Shown here one piece after another: positions 17,670 through 27,562 of a DNA stretch of 64,000 nucleotides. The stretch is taken from sequence record DRR378314_1550; one strand, 5' to 3'. How positions within the stretch are numbered: position 1 is the stretch's first letter; every line of letters begins with the position of its first letter. The notes beneath the pieces are model-generated. The model was not told the DNA's origin and made no database searches. It saw only the letters and a list, made by a program, of their open reading frames with translations. The translations under genes were made by a program, and so were the position numbers.

Positions 17670-19079
17670 ATGAATAAGAAAGGACTCCTTGGTGGCGTCG
17701 GTATCGTCATAGTTGCAGGCGCTCTAATTGGCCCTAAATTCGTTGGCCCTCAAGTTGAGGGTGCGTTAAAGCAACACGTTGAAGTGATAAATCAATTACC
17801 CGCTTATAACGCTCGTATGGTCTCGTTTGATAGTGGCTGGTTCGGTTCAACGGCAACAATATCGCTGGGCGTAGATTTTGGTTCTATTTACCCGGAAGGG
17901 TCAGCACCGGATGACTTGTCTTTTGAAGTGGTTATTGATGTTCAGCATGGTCCTGTTTTGACTCAGTTTTCTCCTGGTCTGGGTATGGCTTCGTTTGAAG
18001 CTCATGCCAAGGACGATGGGTTACGTGAGTATATTGAATGGGAAGAGAACACGCCTTTTTATCACCTGACGGGTTCAGCAGGTTTTTTTGGTGGTGTTAG
18101 TTATGACGATGAAATTGTCGCGTTCAGTTCTAAACCGAATGATGAGCAAACGTCACTGACCTTTACTGGTTATGAAGGTGAAGGTTCCATTTCTTCGGAT
18201 GAGTTCAGTTACGAAGGAAAACTGGAAAGCGCAGAAGGTCTTATTGATGGTCAGGCTATCAGCATTGGTGAGTTTGAAATAAGCACTGAAGCTAAAGGCA
18301 ACATGCTGGAAATTGTGAAGGGCGAGCTTTATGAAGGCGAAATGTCTATGAAGCTTGATGAAATCATTGTAGGCCAGCCGGATGATGTTGACCTGTTTGA
18401 ATTGAAAGATCTTGGAATTGAGTTCGTTAGTTATTTCAGCGACGACAAAGAAAGCATGAATATTGATATGAACTATTCTGTAGAGTCGCTGAAAGCCGAA
18501 AACTTTGACCTTGACGATCTGAAGCTGAATATGGCTTTTAATAACATCGATTCTGAGTTCTTGCTTGCTTATAACCAAATGATGCAAAAGATTTATGACC
18601 AGAACCCTGACGAAATAGAAGTTGCAACGCAAAAACTGGTGAAGGAAAACTTACCTCAGTTGCTGCAGGCAGAGCCTGAGTTCGTTATTAGTGAATTTAG
18701 CGGTAAAATGGAGCCGGGCGAATTTAAAGGTGACCTAAGCGCTAAGCTGGCGGGTGTAAGCCAAATGCCGGACAATATGGAAGACATGCAATTCTGGCTT
18801 TCCAACCTGATTGTTGACTCATCCATTGCTATTGATAAGCCATTGTTGAAATGGGTTGCTGAACAGCAAATGTTATCAACAATGCGCATGCAAATGCCTG
18901 GTGCCGATGAAGCTGAACTGCAGAAAATGGCTGAACAACAAGCACCAATGATGATTGATATGTACATACAACAAGGTTTGCTCAAGGAAGAAGATGACGA
19001 GTACCGCAGCGAATTCCAGATGGAAAACGGTGAAGGTGTACTGAACGGTCAGAAAATTCCAATCGCTAAAATGATGTAA
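17670..19079 (+). CDS. YdgA/DUF945-family periplasmic protein
   Basis: N-terminal anchor, GWFGS, QHGP, C-terminal LNGQKIP; very acidic. Confidence 0.8.
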   Translation: MNKKGLLGGVGIVIVAGALIGPKFVGPQVEGALKQHVEVINQLPAYNARMVSFDSGWFGSTATISLGVDFGSIYPEGSAPDDLSFEVVIDVQHGPVLTQFSPGLGMASFEAHAKDDGLREYIEWEENTPFYHLTGSAGFFGGVSYDDEIVAFSSKPNDEQTSLTFTGYEGEGSISSDEFSYEGKLESAEGLIDGQAISIGEFEISTEAKGNMLEIVKGELYEGEMSMKLDEIIVGQPDDVDLFELKDLGIEFVSYFSDDKESMNIDMNYSVESLKAENFDLDDLKLNMAFNNIDSEFLLAYNQMMQKIYDQNPDEIEVATQKLVKENLPQLLQAEPEFVISEFSGKMEPGEFKGDLSAKLAGVSQMPDNMEDMQFWLSNLIVDSSIAIDKPLLKWVAEQQMLSTMRMQMPGADEAELQKMAEQQAPMMIDMYIQQGLLKEEDDEYRSEFQMENGEGVLNGQKIPIAKMM

Positions 19080-19112
19080 TGTTATTGCCTGGTACAATGC
19101 AGGCATAGCAGT

Positions 19113-19149
19113 AAAAGCCTCAACTGAATTATTTTGGTTGAGGCTTTTT
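19113..19149. terminator. Bidirectional rho-independent terminator
   Basis: AAAAGCCTCAAC...GTTGAGGCTTTTT between convergent genes. Confidence 0.85.
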
Positions 19150-19153
19150 AGTT

Positions 19154-20401
19154 TTAAGTGACGGTATTGCGACTTTGCCAGCGTGGGTCTAAGTGCTCTT
19201 GGTTCTGAATAACTTGCTGTAACTGTTCAACGGCCTTCCAGATATCTTCAAAGCTGTTATAAAGAGGGGTAAACCCAAAGCGGATATAATTTGGAGCACG
19301 AAAGTCAGCTATTACACCTCTTTGAATCAGCGCCTGACATAAGCCATAAGCGTGCTCATAACGATACGACAGCTGACTGCCTCGCTGTTCCCTTTGTTGA
19401 GGAGAGATAAGCTCCAGACTGTTATCCAGGGCGGCGTTTTCAAGTAGTTGATGGAAAACATCGGCGAGCTGTAAAGACTTCTCTCTTAATTTTTCCAGGT
19501 TCACATTCTCAAATACCTCGAGCGCGGAATCGACTGCCGCCATGGCGAGAACGGAAGGGGTGCCGGTTAGCATCTGTTGAATGCCGGCAGCTGGCTCGTA
19601 GTCTGGAGTGAAATCAAACGGGCGGGCATGTCCGAACCAGCCGCTTAAAGGCTGACTCATACTCTCGTGATGGCGTTTGGCGACATAAATAAAGGCTGGC
19701 GCGCCGGGGCCGCCATTTAGATATTTGTAAGTACAGCCAACGGCAAAGTCTGCTTTCCAGTCGTCCAGGTGCACGGGCATTGCCCCTGCACTGTGGGCTA
19801 AATCCAGAATAACCAGGGCTCCGTGGCTGTGTGCGCTGGTAATAAGTTGCTTAGCATCAAGCCGTCTTCCGGTTCTGAAATTCACTTCGGTTGCTAAAAC
19901 TACTGCGGTTTTATCATCAATTTGTTGCTCCAGCTTGTTTTCATCAACCAGCTTTAGCTGACAACGGTGCTCACCAACAAACTTCGAAATTCCCTGCACC
20001 ATGTATAAGTCTGTGGGAAAGTTGTCTTTGGTGGATAGCACTATGTTGCGCTCAGAGTCATGGCTTTGAGCCAGTGACAGTGCCGCTGCCAGCGCCTTAA
20101 ATAAATTCACTGATATTGAGTCACAGCAAATAGCCTGCTCTGGCGCTGCACCTAGCAGGCTGGCAATTTTTTCACCGACACGTTGCGGCAGATTAATCCA
20201 GTTATGCTCGTTCCAACTACTGATAAGATCCTGCGACCATTGCTGCTGAATCACCTGCTGCAAACGGGTTGCCGTTGCTTTGGTCATGGCACCCAACGAG
20301 TTACCATCCAGATAAACCTTATTAACCGGCAACTGAAATTGTTCACGGTGCCGGGCAAAGGGGTCAATGTTGTCGAGTTCTCTTATGTCATTGAGGTTCA
20401 T
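19154..20401 (-). CDS. kynU: Kynureninase
   Basis: YLDGNSLG, FPTDLY, DLAHSAG, GCTYKYLNGGPG (PLP Lys), RGSQ, DFR. Start at 20401 gives an ATGA overlap with the upstream gene. Confidence 0.93.
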   Translation of the reverse strand: MNLNDIRELDNIDPFARHREQFQLPVNKVYLDGNSLGAMTKATATRLQQVIQQQWSQDLISSWNEHNWINLPQRVGEKIASLLGAAPEQAICCDSISVNLFKALAAALSLAQSHDSERNIVLSTKDNFPTDLYMVQGISKFVGEHRCQLKLVDENKLEQQIDDKTAVVLATEVNFRTGRRLDAKQLITSAHSHGALVILDLAHSAGAMPVHLDDWKADFAVGCTYKYLNGGPGAPAFIYVAKRHHESMSQPLSGWFGHARPFDFTPDYEPAAGIQQMLTGTPSVLAMAAVDSALEVFENVNLEKLREKSLQLADVFHQLLENAALDNSLELISPQQREQRGSQLSYRYEHAYGLCQALIQRGVIADFRAPNYIRFGFTPLYNSFEDIWKAVEQLQQVIQNQEHLDPRWQSRNTVT

Positions 20402-21237
20402 GGTTTTAGCTCTTTGTTCAGTCGCTGAATAATGGCTTCCCACGCGGAGGAATTCGGGTGTATCAAGTCAAAATGACCTGCGCCTTCAAGTTGTTCTGTT
20501 TTTACGTCGAGATCGGCGGTTTGGCTCATGGGGACAATTTTGTCTTTGGTACCCTGCATCAGCCAGGTGTTGGCGTGGAGCTTTTGTGCTTTGGGGCTGG
20601 CATCACGGTAGTCCTCTTCGCTGGTGTAAGCTGTTTTCATTAAGTTGCTGGCGGCGCGGTTACAACTGCCTTGCGCCTGAGTGTAACTGACCATATTAGT
20701 AATGGCGGCCAGACCAATAACTGCGTTTATACTTTCAGCCGAGGGCGTATTCCGGGTGGTAGCCAGAAGTGCGAGGTGTCCACCGGCAGAGTGGCCCATA
20801 ACCGCTACCGGCTGGTTATTGAGCTTTTGCTGTATAAAGCGAATTGCGGTTTTCACGTCATTGAGACTCGCTGGCCACTCTCCGCCTTGCTCGCCCAAAC
20901 GGCGATATTCAACAGACCAGACATTAAAGCCGGCTGTTCTCATTGCGCTGCTTGCCGGGTTGGTGTGAGTAATATCGTATTCTTTTAGCCAGCAACCACC
21001 GTGAATAAAAATCACATTAGCGGCCGTGTCTGGCTGCTTTGGTGCATTCCAATACTGAATAAACTGGGAGGGGTGAGAGCCGTAACTGTAGCTGTTATCG
21101 GGGCTGCCGGAAGGCAGTTCGAGCACTGACTGGAAAGACACTTGCTGCAAAGAATTGTCACCAGCAGAGGCATGAGAATAAGTCAGGCAGAAAATAATAA
21201 GCCCGCAGACTGCCAGTTTTGGAGGAAGCTTTATCAA
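20398..21237 (-). CDS. Alpha/beta hydrolase (HGGxW, GHSAG); kynurenine-formamidase/esterase-like
   Basis: HGGCW, GHSAGG, D-x-IVP, GHF triad; signal-peptide-like N-terminus. Confidence 0.8.
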   Translation of the reverse strand: MIKLPPKLAVCGLIIFCLTYSHASAGDNSLQQVSFQSVLELPSGSPDNSYSYGSHPSQFIQYWNAPKQPDTAANVIFIHGGCWLKEYDITHTNPASSAMRTAGFNVWSVEYRRLGEQGGEWPASLNDVKTAIRFIQQKLNNQPVAVMGHSAGGHLALLATTRNTPSAESINAVIGLAAITNMVSYTQAQGSCNRAASNLMKTAYTSEEDYRDASPKAQKLHANTWLMQGTKDKIVPMSQTADLDVKTEQLEGAGHFDLIHPNSSAWEAIIQRLNKELKP

Positions 21238-21335
21238 GTAATACCACCCGCTTTAATGTTTTTAAATATAAAGGACTAGAGACCATACAAGTATTTATAA
21301 GGCGGCTCAACAAAATTGACAGATCAGCAACAAAT

Positions 21336-21364
21336 GCGTCATTTATTCGTCATCGTATCGTCAA
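21336..21364 (+). promoter_or_regulatory. Putative Pho box (three GTCA repeats at an 11-bp period)
   Basis: GTCAT at 21338, GTCAT at 21349, GTCAA at 21360. Confidence 0.6.
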
Positions 21365-21427
21365 CTGACCTCAGTACATTAGCCCGGCGTTAACGCGTTA
21401 ACCACTCACATTAAGGTTTTAAGGGTT

Positions 21428-23785
21428 ATGACTACTTATAAGAAAACATCGGCATTACCGTTCCCAACAAATAAAGTATTAAACTCTGTTGTTGCTGCGC
21501 TTTGTGCGTTAAGTGCGCCGGTTGCTTTTGCGCAACAGGACACCTCAGATGAACTTGAGCGAATTGAAGTGACTGCACAAAAGCGTGTTCAGTCTATTAA
21601 TGACGTGCCTGCCAGTATCAGTGCGTTTGAAGGAAGCCGTCTGGACGAGCTGGGCTTAAACGAACTGGATATGATTTCCGATCTGACGCCGGGTTTGGTT
21701 ATTCAGGAACAAAGCCCGAACAACCCTGGTTTTGTTATTCGTGGCATTACCTCAGACAGCGGTTCGGCTCAGGCATCTCCGCGGGTGTCGGTTTATTACA
21801 ACGGAGTGGATGTCTCACGCTCACGTGGCTCCTACTTTGAACTGTTTGATATAGAGCGTGTTGAGGTGGTTAAAGGCCCGCAGGCAACGTTATTTGGTAC
21901 GGCTGCATCGGTTGGCGCCATTAGTGTCATAACTCGTAAGCCAGAGCCTGGCTTCTCCGCCGAGCTAAGCGCTGGTGCAGGAAATGAATCTCAGAAACGA
22001 CTGGGTGGTTTCATTAATGGTGGTAGCGAGTTAGTCAGTGGACGGCTGGCGTTCAGTTACCGCGAACGCGACGGGTTTATTGAGAACATTGCGCCGGGTC
22101 AGGACGACATGAACGGTATTGACAGACAAGCCGTGCGTGGTTCACTTCGCTTTCAGCCCAGCGATGCGGTGACCGCGGATTTAATTTACAGCTATGAGAA
22201 AAACGAAGATACCGGAACCTCCTTTAAGAATGGCATTTTCGCGCCGACCGGCGGCGACACCAGCCCCTACAGTTTTGTTGAAATGACAGGTAGCCCTTAC
22301 TCGGCCTCGGTATTAGGCCGTGAAAAGCTGGGTCTGGACAGAACCGTCGATGACATTAATTTAACCGTAGACTGGACTATTAGCCCGCGCTTAAGCTTTA
22401 CCTCGGTGAGTGGTTATCGCAGCTTCGACTCACTGGAAGTGTTCGACGCAGACGGCACCCAGGCATGGTTCCTGGAGTTTGGGGAAGATGCAGAAGGTGA
22501 CCAGTTCAGTCAGGAGTTTCGCTTTAACTACGCCGGCGATAATCTCTTAATGCTGTGGGGCATAAATTACTTCACAGAAGACGGCAGCCAACGCGTACCG
22601 TTCAGCACAGAAGAATCTATTTTCCTGAACTGTGCCGGTGCTTTGCCAAGTGGTTTGCCGTGTATTAATGCTGACGGTTCGGTTAATCAGCTAACCCCGG
22701 TATTAACCGGCGGGGCTATTGATGAAATAGCGTATGCGGGTGAATACAGCAATTTTGGTGATAATGAGTCCTGGTCGGCTTTTGTCGATTTTACTTACCA
22801 GTTAAACGATAAAACCGAAGTGGCTGCGGGTATCCGCTATGTTTCAGAAGATCGTGAAAGTGGCTTTGCTGCGACCATGCCGAACAGCCAATTGCTGCCT
22901 TTGCTGGGCCTTCCAACACAAACCTTGTTGCCGACTGTTTCAACTGACGGCGAGGTATTTTCTGCAAGCAACAGTTCAGACGCCTGGTTACCTCGCTTTA
23001 ATATTCTTTATAAGTTGAACGACAATAACAATTGGTTCGCTACAATTTCAAAAGGCCGGCGCTCTGAAGTTGTTGATGTGAGCTCGACTCTTGATGCAGA
23101 CGGTGAAGCCGTGGGTGATTTTGGTTTAATTCCGGCGGAAGTTATCTGGAATTATGAAACCGGTCTTAAAGGAAACTTAACTGAAAACCGTGTACGTTAT
23201 TCTGCGTCTGTGTTTTATCAGGACTATTCAGACTTTCAGGTAACGCTGCAGGACGATTCGGGCAACTTTTACACCGCAAACGCAGGCTCTGCGACGAACT
23301 TTGGTGTCGAAACTGAAATTAATGCGAATTTAGGCGCAGGCATTGAGCTGTTTGGGCACCTGGCGTACCTGGATGCCAAAATTGATGACGACAGCACCAA
23401 CGGCAGTTTAGCCGGTAACCGCTTCCGTCTTCAGCCTGAATGGACTTCAAGCCTTGGGGTGATATACGAAGCAGCGCTTTCCAGCCAATACGCATTGCGT
23501 GGCTCTGTAGTCGGCACCTATCGGTCTGAAGTGTTCTTTGAGCCAGAAAATGCGCCGGTAGCGGGTCTCGATATTAGCCAGGATTCAGTCTCTTTAGTGA
23601 ATGCGTCGCTGGGTCTTTATAATGACTCTGCCGACTGGAGTCTGGCGTTGAAAGCAACCAACTTATTCGACAAAGAATACCTGGTTGATGCCGGGAATAC
23701 GGGCGGAAGCTTTGGTAACCCAACCTTTATTTCTGGTCCACCGCGTTTGTTTTATTTAGAGTTTACCAAGAAGTTTGGCATGTAA
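21428..23785 (+). CDS. TonB-dependent receptor
   Basis: Signal peptide, ERIEVTAQKR TonB box, IRG and ERVEVVKGPQ plug motifs, NLFDKEY, C-terminal beta strand. Confidence 0.95.
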   Translation: MTTYKKTSALPFPTNKVLNSVVAALCALSAPVAFAQQDTSDELERIEVTAQKRVQSINDVPASISAFEGSRLDELGLNELDMISDLTPGLVIQEQSPNNPGFVIRGITSDSGSAQASPRVSVYYNGVDVSRSRGSYFELFDIERVEVVKGPQATLFGTAASVGAISVITRKPEPGFSAELSAGAGNESQKRLGGFINGGSELVSGRLAFSYRERDGFIENIAPGQDDMNGIDRQAVRGSLRFQPSDAVTADLIYSYEKNEDTGTSFKNGIFAPTGGDTSPYSFVEMTGSPYSASVLGREKLGLDRTVDDINLTVDWTISPRLSFTSVSGYRSFDSLEVFDADGTQAWFLEFGEDAEGDQFSQEFRFNYAGDNLLMLWGINYFTEDGSQRVPFSTEESIFLNCAGALPSGLPCINADGSVNQLTPVLTGGAIDEIAYAGEYSNFGDNESWSAFVDFTYQLNDKTEVAAGIRYVSEDRESGFAATMPNSQLLPLLGLPTQTLLPTVSTDGEVFSASNSSDAWLPRFNILYKLNDNNNWFATISKGRRSEVVDVSSTLDADGEAVGDFGLIPAEVIWNYETGLKGNLTENRVRYSASVFYQDYSDFQVTLQDDSGNFYTANAGSATNFGVETEINANLGAGIELFGHLAYLDAKIDDDSTNGSLAGNRFRLQPEWTSSLGVIYEAALSSQYALRGSVVGTYRSEVFFEPENAPVAGLDISQDSVSLVNASLGLYNDSADWSLALKATNLFDKEYLVDAGNTGGSFGNPTFISGPPRLFYLEFTKKFGM

Positions 23786-23802
23786 AACTGTGCTAAAACG
23801 AG

Positions 23803-23834
23803 AAAAGGGAACCTGTGTCATGGTTCCCTTTTTT
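23803..23834. terminator. Bidirectional terminator
   Basis: AAAAGGGAACC-loop-GGTTCCCTTTTTT between the TBDR gene and phoD. Confidence 0.85.
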
Positions 23835-23851
23835 ATTTTACGAGCTAGAAA

Positions 23852-25546
23852 CTAACTTCCCGTGTAGCGCGCTCTGTGCTTATTCACTACCCGATAGTCT
23901 TTGCTGCGAATCGTGTCCACAAACACCCATTCCGCTTCTACCGCGTCCTCGGATGCAAAGAGATTCATATAACCGCGCTGATGCAGGTTGGTATATTTTA
24001 AGTCTTCTATAAGCGTAGGCAGTGCTTTTGCCAGCTGTTCTGCAGTTTTTGTGTCCAGACTTAGGTAAGTTTCCATTCCCGGAGATGATACCGAAGACGT
24101 GGCAAACTCCACCCCAATGTGAGCTCCGTCTGAACTGCGCAGTTCGCTGTGCCACGCGTTATGGGTGTCACCGGCAATAACCACCAGTTGTTTATTGGCT
24201 TTTTGCGCCGCCCGGTAGAGCATTTCACGTTCAATGGGGTAACCGTCCCATGCATCAAGGTTATAGGGAGTAACCTGAGTGACCATTGCCTTTTGCTGGG
24301 CTGTTAGCTCTTCGCCGTTCTGCAGGCGCTTTTTAAGCTCTGCTATTTGTAACAGCAGTGGTGTGACTTTACTGCGGTCATCTGCCGCGAATGCGGCCGC
24401 AGGAAAGTTCATTTTCCCCATAAGCAATTGTTGACCTAAAACTTGCCAGCGCGCTGAGCTGTTATTCAGTTTATTAACCAGCCACTGTAACTGCTTTTTG
24501 CCCATGATGCTGCGGTCAGAAGACATGTCCTGCTGGAATTTTTGGGTATTGAACTGACCGCTTTCTGCATCGCGGTAGTCGTCATAATTCAGCTGTTTAT
24601 CACGTCCGATAACGCGGGTATCCAGCATGATCAAATCAACTAAGTCACCGAATTTGAAATCACGATAAATAGTGAGGTTGGCTTCGCCCTGTGGCGGACG
24701 AATAGGCAGCCACTCATAGTACGCCTGAACCGCGGCTGCGCGTCTTTCAATAAAGCTGCCTTCATCTTCCTGGTGGTTTTCTGCACCGTTTTTCCAGGTG
24801 TCATTGCTAATTTCATGGTCATCCCACACGGCAATAAAAGGGGCATGTGCGTGCAGTGCCTGTAACCCTTCGTCGGTGCGGTAAAGCGCGTAGCGGCGAC
24901 GATAATCAGTCAGGGTAAAAAGTTCTGTATTATTGTTGTCGGGTAAGCCGCGGCCAATTTCTTGTGAACCTTGGGTGGCGTAACCGCCTGCGCCATACTC
25001 GTAAATGTAGTCACCTAAATGAATGACCGCATCAATAGAATCGTCCTTTGCTGCTTCGGAGTATGGGTTAAAGTAACCGGCGGGGTAGTTAGAGCAGGAG
25101 AAAACCGCAAACTTCAGCGGTTTTAAGCCAGATTCAGGAAGCGTTTGCGTTTTGCCAGAGGGGCTTTTGCTGTTCTTACCTAAAAAACGATAGTAGTAAC
25201 GCTGGTTTGGCGATAATTGAGTAACGTCGACTTTAACTGTGTAGTCTCTGCTGGCGCTTGTTGTGGCTGTTCCAGAACGAATGATACTTGAAAAGTTTTC
25301 ATCGGCGGCCAGTTCCCAGCCCAGCGTTACTTGTTTTTCTGCGGTATTTTCCGGCACGGCGCGCGTCCACAACAAAATGGCGTTTGAAGTTGGATCGCCA
25401 CTGGCTACGCCATGGTCAAACTTGACGGAGCTGCGCTCACTGGCTTTGCCAATACTTGCACAGCCATGCAATGCGGTTGATACGGTGACTGCTGCGCCCG
25501 TTGCTGCAAATAGCTTTAAAAAGTCACGTCGGTTAAATTGCTTCAC
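23852..25546 (-). CDS. phoD: Alkaline phosphatase D, Tat-exported
   Basis: NRRDFLK Tat motif, HGVASGDP, SCSNY, HLGDYIYE, WDDHE, DAWDGY, GDTH. Confidence 0.95.
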   Translation of the reverse strand: MKQFNRRDFLKLFAATGAAVTVSTALHGCASIGKASERSSVKFDHGVASGDPTSNAILLWTRAVPENTAEKQVTLGWELAADENFSSIIRSGTATTSASRDYTVKVDVTQLSPNQRYYYRFLGKNSKSPSGKTQTLPESGLKPLKFAVFSCSNYPAGYFNPYSEAAKDDSIDAVIHLGDYIYEYGAGGYATQGSQEIGRGLPDNNNTELFTLTDYRRRYALYRTDEGLQALHAHAPFIAVWDDHEISNDTWKNGAENHQEDEGSFIERRAAAVQAYYEWLPIRPPQGEANLTIYRDFKFGDLVDLIMLDTRVIGRDKQLNYDDYRDAESGQFNTQKFQQDMSSDRSIMGKKQLQWLVNKLNNSSARWQVLGQQLLMGKMNFPAAAFAADDRSKVTPLLLQIAELKKRLQNGEELTAQQKAMVTQVTPYNLDAWDGYPIEREMLYRAAQKANKQLVVIAGDTHNAWHSELRSSDGAHIGVEFATSSVSSPGMETYLSLDTKTAEQLAKALPTLIEDLKYTNLHQRGYMNLFASEDAVEAEWVFVDTIRSKDYRVVNKHRARYTGS

Positions 25547-25596
25547 TGTTTTACTCCATGCATTTTTCCCAGAGTAAAAGAAATTACTCCGTAAAC

Positions 25597-25614
25597 ATGA
25601 AGACTTAATGACAG
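25597..25614 (-). promoter_or_regulatory. Pho box upstream of phoD
   Basis: Minus strand CTGTCAT-TAAG-TCTTCAT, about 50 bp before the GTG start. Confidence 0.7.
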
Positions 25615-25637
25615 TAAAGTGTTAGTTCAGTCTTAAC

Positions 25638-26909
25638 TTATTCATCATCACTTTTGGGTTTAAGCTCCAGCGCTTGTACCGCTGAACGAACGTCCTGCCC
25701 TGAGGTTTCCTGAAAAACCTGTAAGTCAAATTGTGGCAGTATGGCAAACAAGTGATCAAAAATGTCGGACTGAATACCTTCGTAGATTTCCCACGCGGTA
25801 TCGTTACTAAAGCAGTACACTTCAATGGGCAAACCCTGAGGCCCCGGGTTTAACTGACGAACCATCAGTGTCATTCCTTCGTGTATGTCGGGTCGCTGCT
25901 TGAGGTACTGTTTCACGTAGGCGCGAAAGGTACCAATATTGGTTACCTGACGTCCGTTTATAGGGTCGAAGCCTTTCTTTTCCAGACCCGCGTTCCATTC
26001 AGATATATCTTTTTCTTTTTGTTCCAGATAATCGCTAAGTAGCGAGAAACGTTTCAGCTTTTTCTTCTGCTCAGCGGACAAAAAGTGAATACTGTTCTGG
26101 TCAATGTATAACGCTCGTTTTATACGGCGTCCACCGCTTTCCTGCATGCCCCGCCAGTTTTTAAACGACTCGGAAATAAGACGTTTGGTGGGAATGTTCG
26201 TAATGGTTTTATCCCAGTTTTGAACCCTAACCGTATGCAGTGCCACATCAATGACATCGCCGTCAGCGTTTAACTGGGGCATTTCAATCCAGTCGCCGAC
26301 ACGAAGCATGTCATTAGATGAGAGCTGAATACTGGCGACCAGTGACAGAATGGTGTCCTGAAATACCAGCATGGCAACCGCACCCATGGCACCAATTCCT
26401 GATAGCAGAATAACCGGAGAGCGGTCCAGCAATGAGGCAATAATGAGAATAGTCGCCACCACATAGACCACTATTTTCGCAATTTGCAGATAACCCTTTA
26501 TTGGCTTTGTATGCGCGTCAGGCTGACGACTGTATATTTCGTTAACGCTAGTCATGGCCGCGCTAAACGAACGCGCCAGAGTCAGGATGAGGTACGCAAT
26601 ACTGATGTTGCGTATGATGGTGGTGGCGGTTTCCGGTAAGTCCGGCACCAGATAAATACCACCGGACAGCACTAACGCAGGAACAACCTGAGCCAGGCGG
26701 CTGACAATAACGCGAATGCCTATACCCGGGTCACTGCCCAACTGGGTTTGAGACAGCAGACGGGAAATACCACGCAGTAAAACGTGTTTGGTCACAAGCT
26801 GAGACAACCAAACCGCTATAACAAGGAAAAAGCAGGCTCCAATTGTGTAGGCCCAGGGTTGGGTTGCCGCCCAATCATGAAACCACTGCGGGTAATCCAG
26901 TTCCATCAT
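25638..26909 (-). CDS. MscS-family mechanosensitive channel (YbdG-like)
   Basis: FQDTILSLVAS, GDWIE, QNWDKTI, NWRGMQESGGRRIKR. Confidence 0.9.
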   Translation of the reverse strand: MMELDYPQWFHDWAATQPWAYTIGACFFLVIAVWLSQLVTKHVLLRGISRLLSQTQLGSDPGIGIRVIVSRLAQVVPALVLSGGIYLVPDLPETATTIIRNISIAYLILTLARSFSAAMTSVNEIYSRQPDAHTKPIKGYLQIAKIVVYVVATILIIASLLDRSPVILLSGIGAMGAVAMLVFQDTILSLVASIQLSSNDMLRVGDWIEMPQLNADGDVIDVALHTVRVQNWDKTITNIPTKRLISESFKNWRGMQESGGRRIKRALYIDQNSIHFLSAEQKKKLKRFSLLSDYLEQKEKDISEWNAGLEKKGFDPINGRQVTNIGTFRAYVKQYLKQRPDIHEGMTLMVRQLNPGPQGLPIEVYCFSNDTAWEIYEGIQSDIFDHLFAILPQFDLQVFQETSGQDVRSAVQALELKPKSDDE

Positions 26910-27394
26910 AATTTTTGTTCCACCGCTGCTTTTAAGTCCTTTCTAAAGCCCAACATAAATACGACTTCTGCTACGACGAATAAGGGGCCAATGGCTAAGC
27001 CCATAATATCATCAACAAAAGCCGGTTTGCGGCCTTCAAAATAATGGCCGATAAATTGAAATACCCAGCCGACAACAAACAGACCAATGCTCCAGCTAAG
27101 CCATAAGCTGGTTGGTAATGCGGCGATGTCGCGGCCAACTGACAGCGACAGCCATAGCAAAATGGTCATGAGCAAACCTAACTTGATATCCAGACGGATA
27201 TAAAAAATAACCGCCGCCAGAACAACTAAGTTGGCGGGGGTAATCAAAAAGTAGTCCAAGGGTAGCGCAGGCCGTGATAATAAACTAATGATGCCGACAA
27301 CAATCAGTGGAATACCGACAAGATGAGTCATGACATTCTTACGGTTCCGATGATAAGCCGCATACTGTGCCAGGTGATCAACGATGGTTTTCAT
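26906..27394 (-). CDS. DUF962/Mpo1-like membrane protein
   Basis: YAAYHRN...HLVGIP; QFIGHYFEGRKPAF. Confidence 0.85.
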   Translation of the reverse strand: MKTIVDHLAQYAAYHRNRKNVMTHLVGIPLIVVGIISLLSRPALPLDYFLITPANLVVLAAVIFYIRLDIKLGLLMTILLWLSLSVGRDIAALPTSLWLSWSIGLFVVGWVFQFIGHYFEGRKPAFVDDIMGLAIGPLFVVAEVVFMLGFRKDLKAAVEQKL

Positions 27395-27562
27395 AGTCTG
27401 TGCCGCTTGATAGCAAAATAGAGGCTTAGATTGCTACGCACATGGCTTGATGTCAATGGAGCTCAATGCTTTCAGGCTTTTATTTTTCTATTGCTCAGCA
27501 GTTAACTTACCGCTAACCTAAAGCCTTTATTTTTTATAGGCATATAGAGTAGGGGAAGTTCG

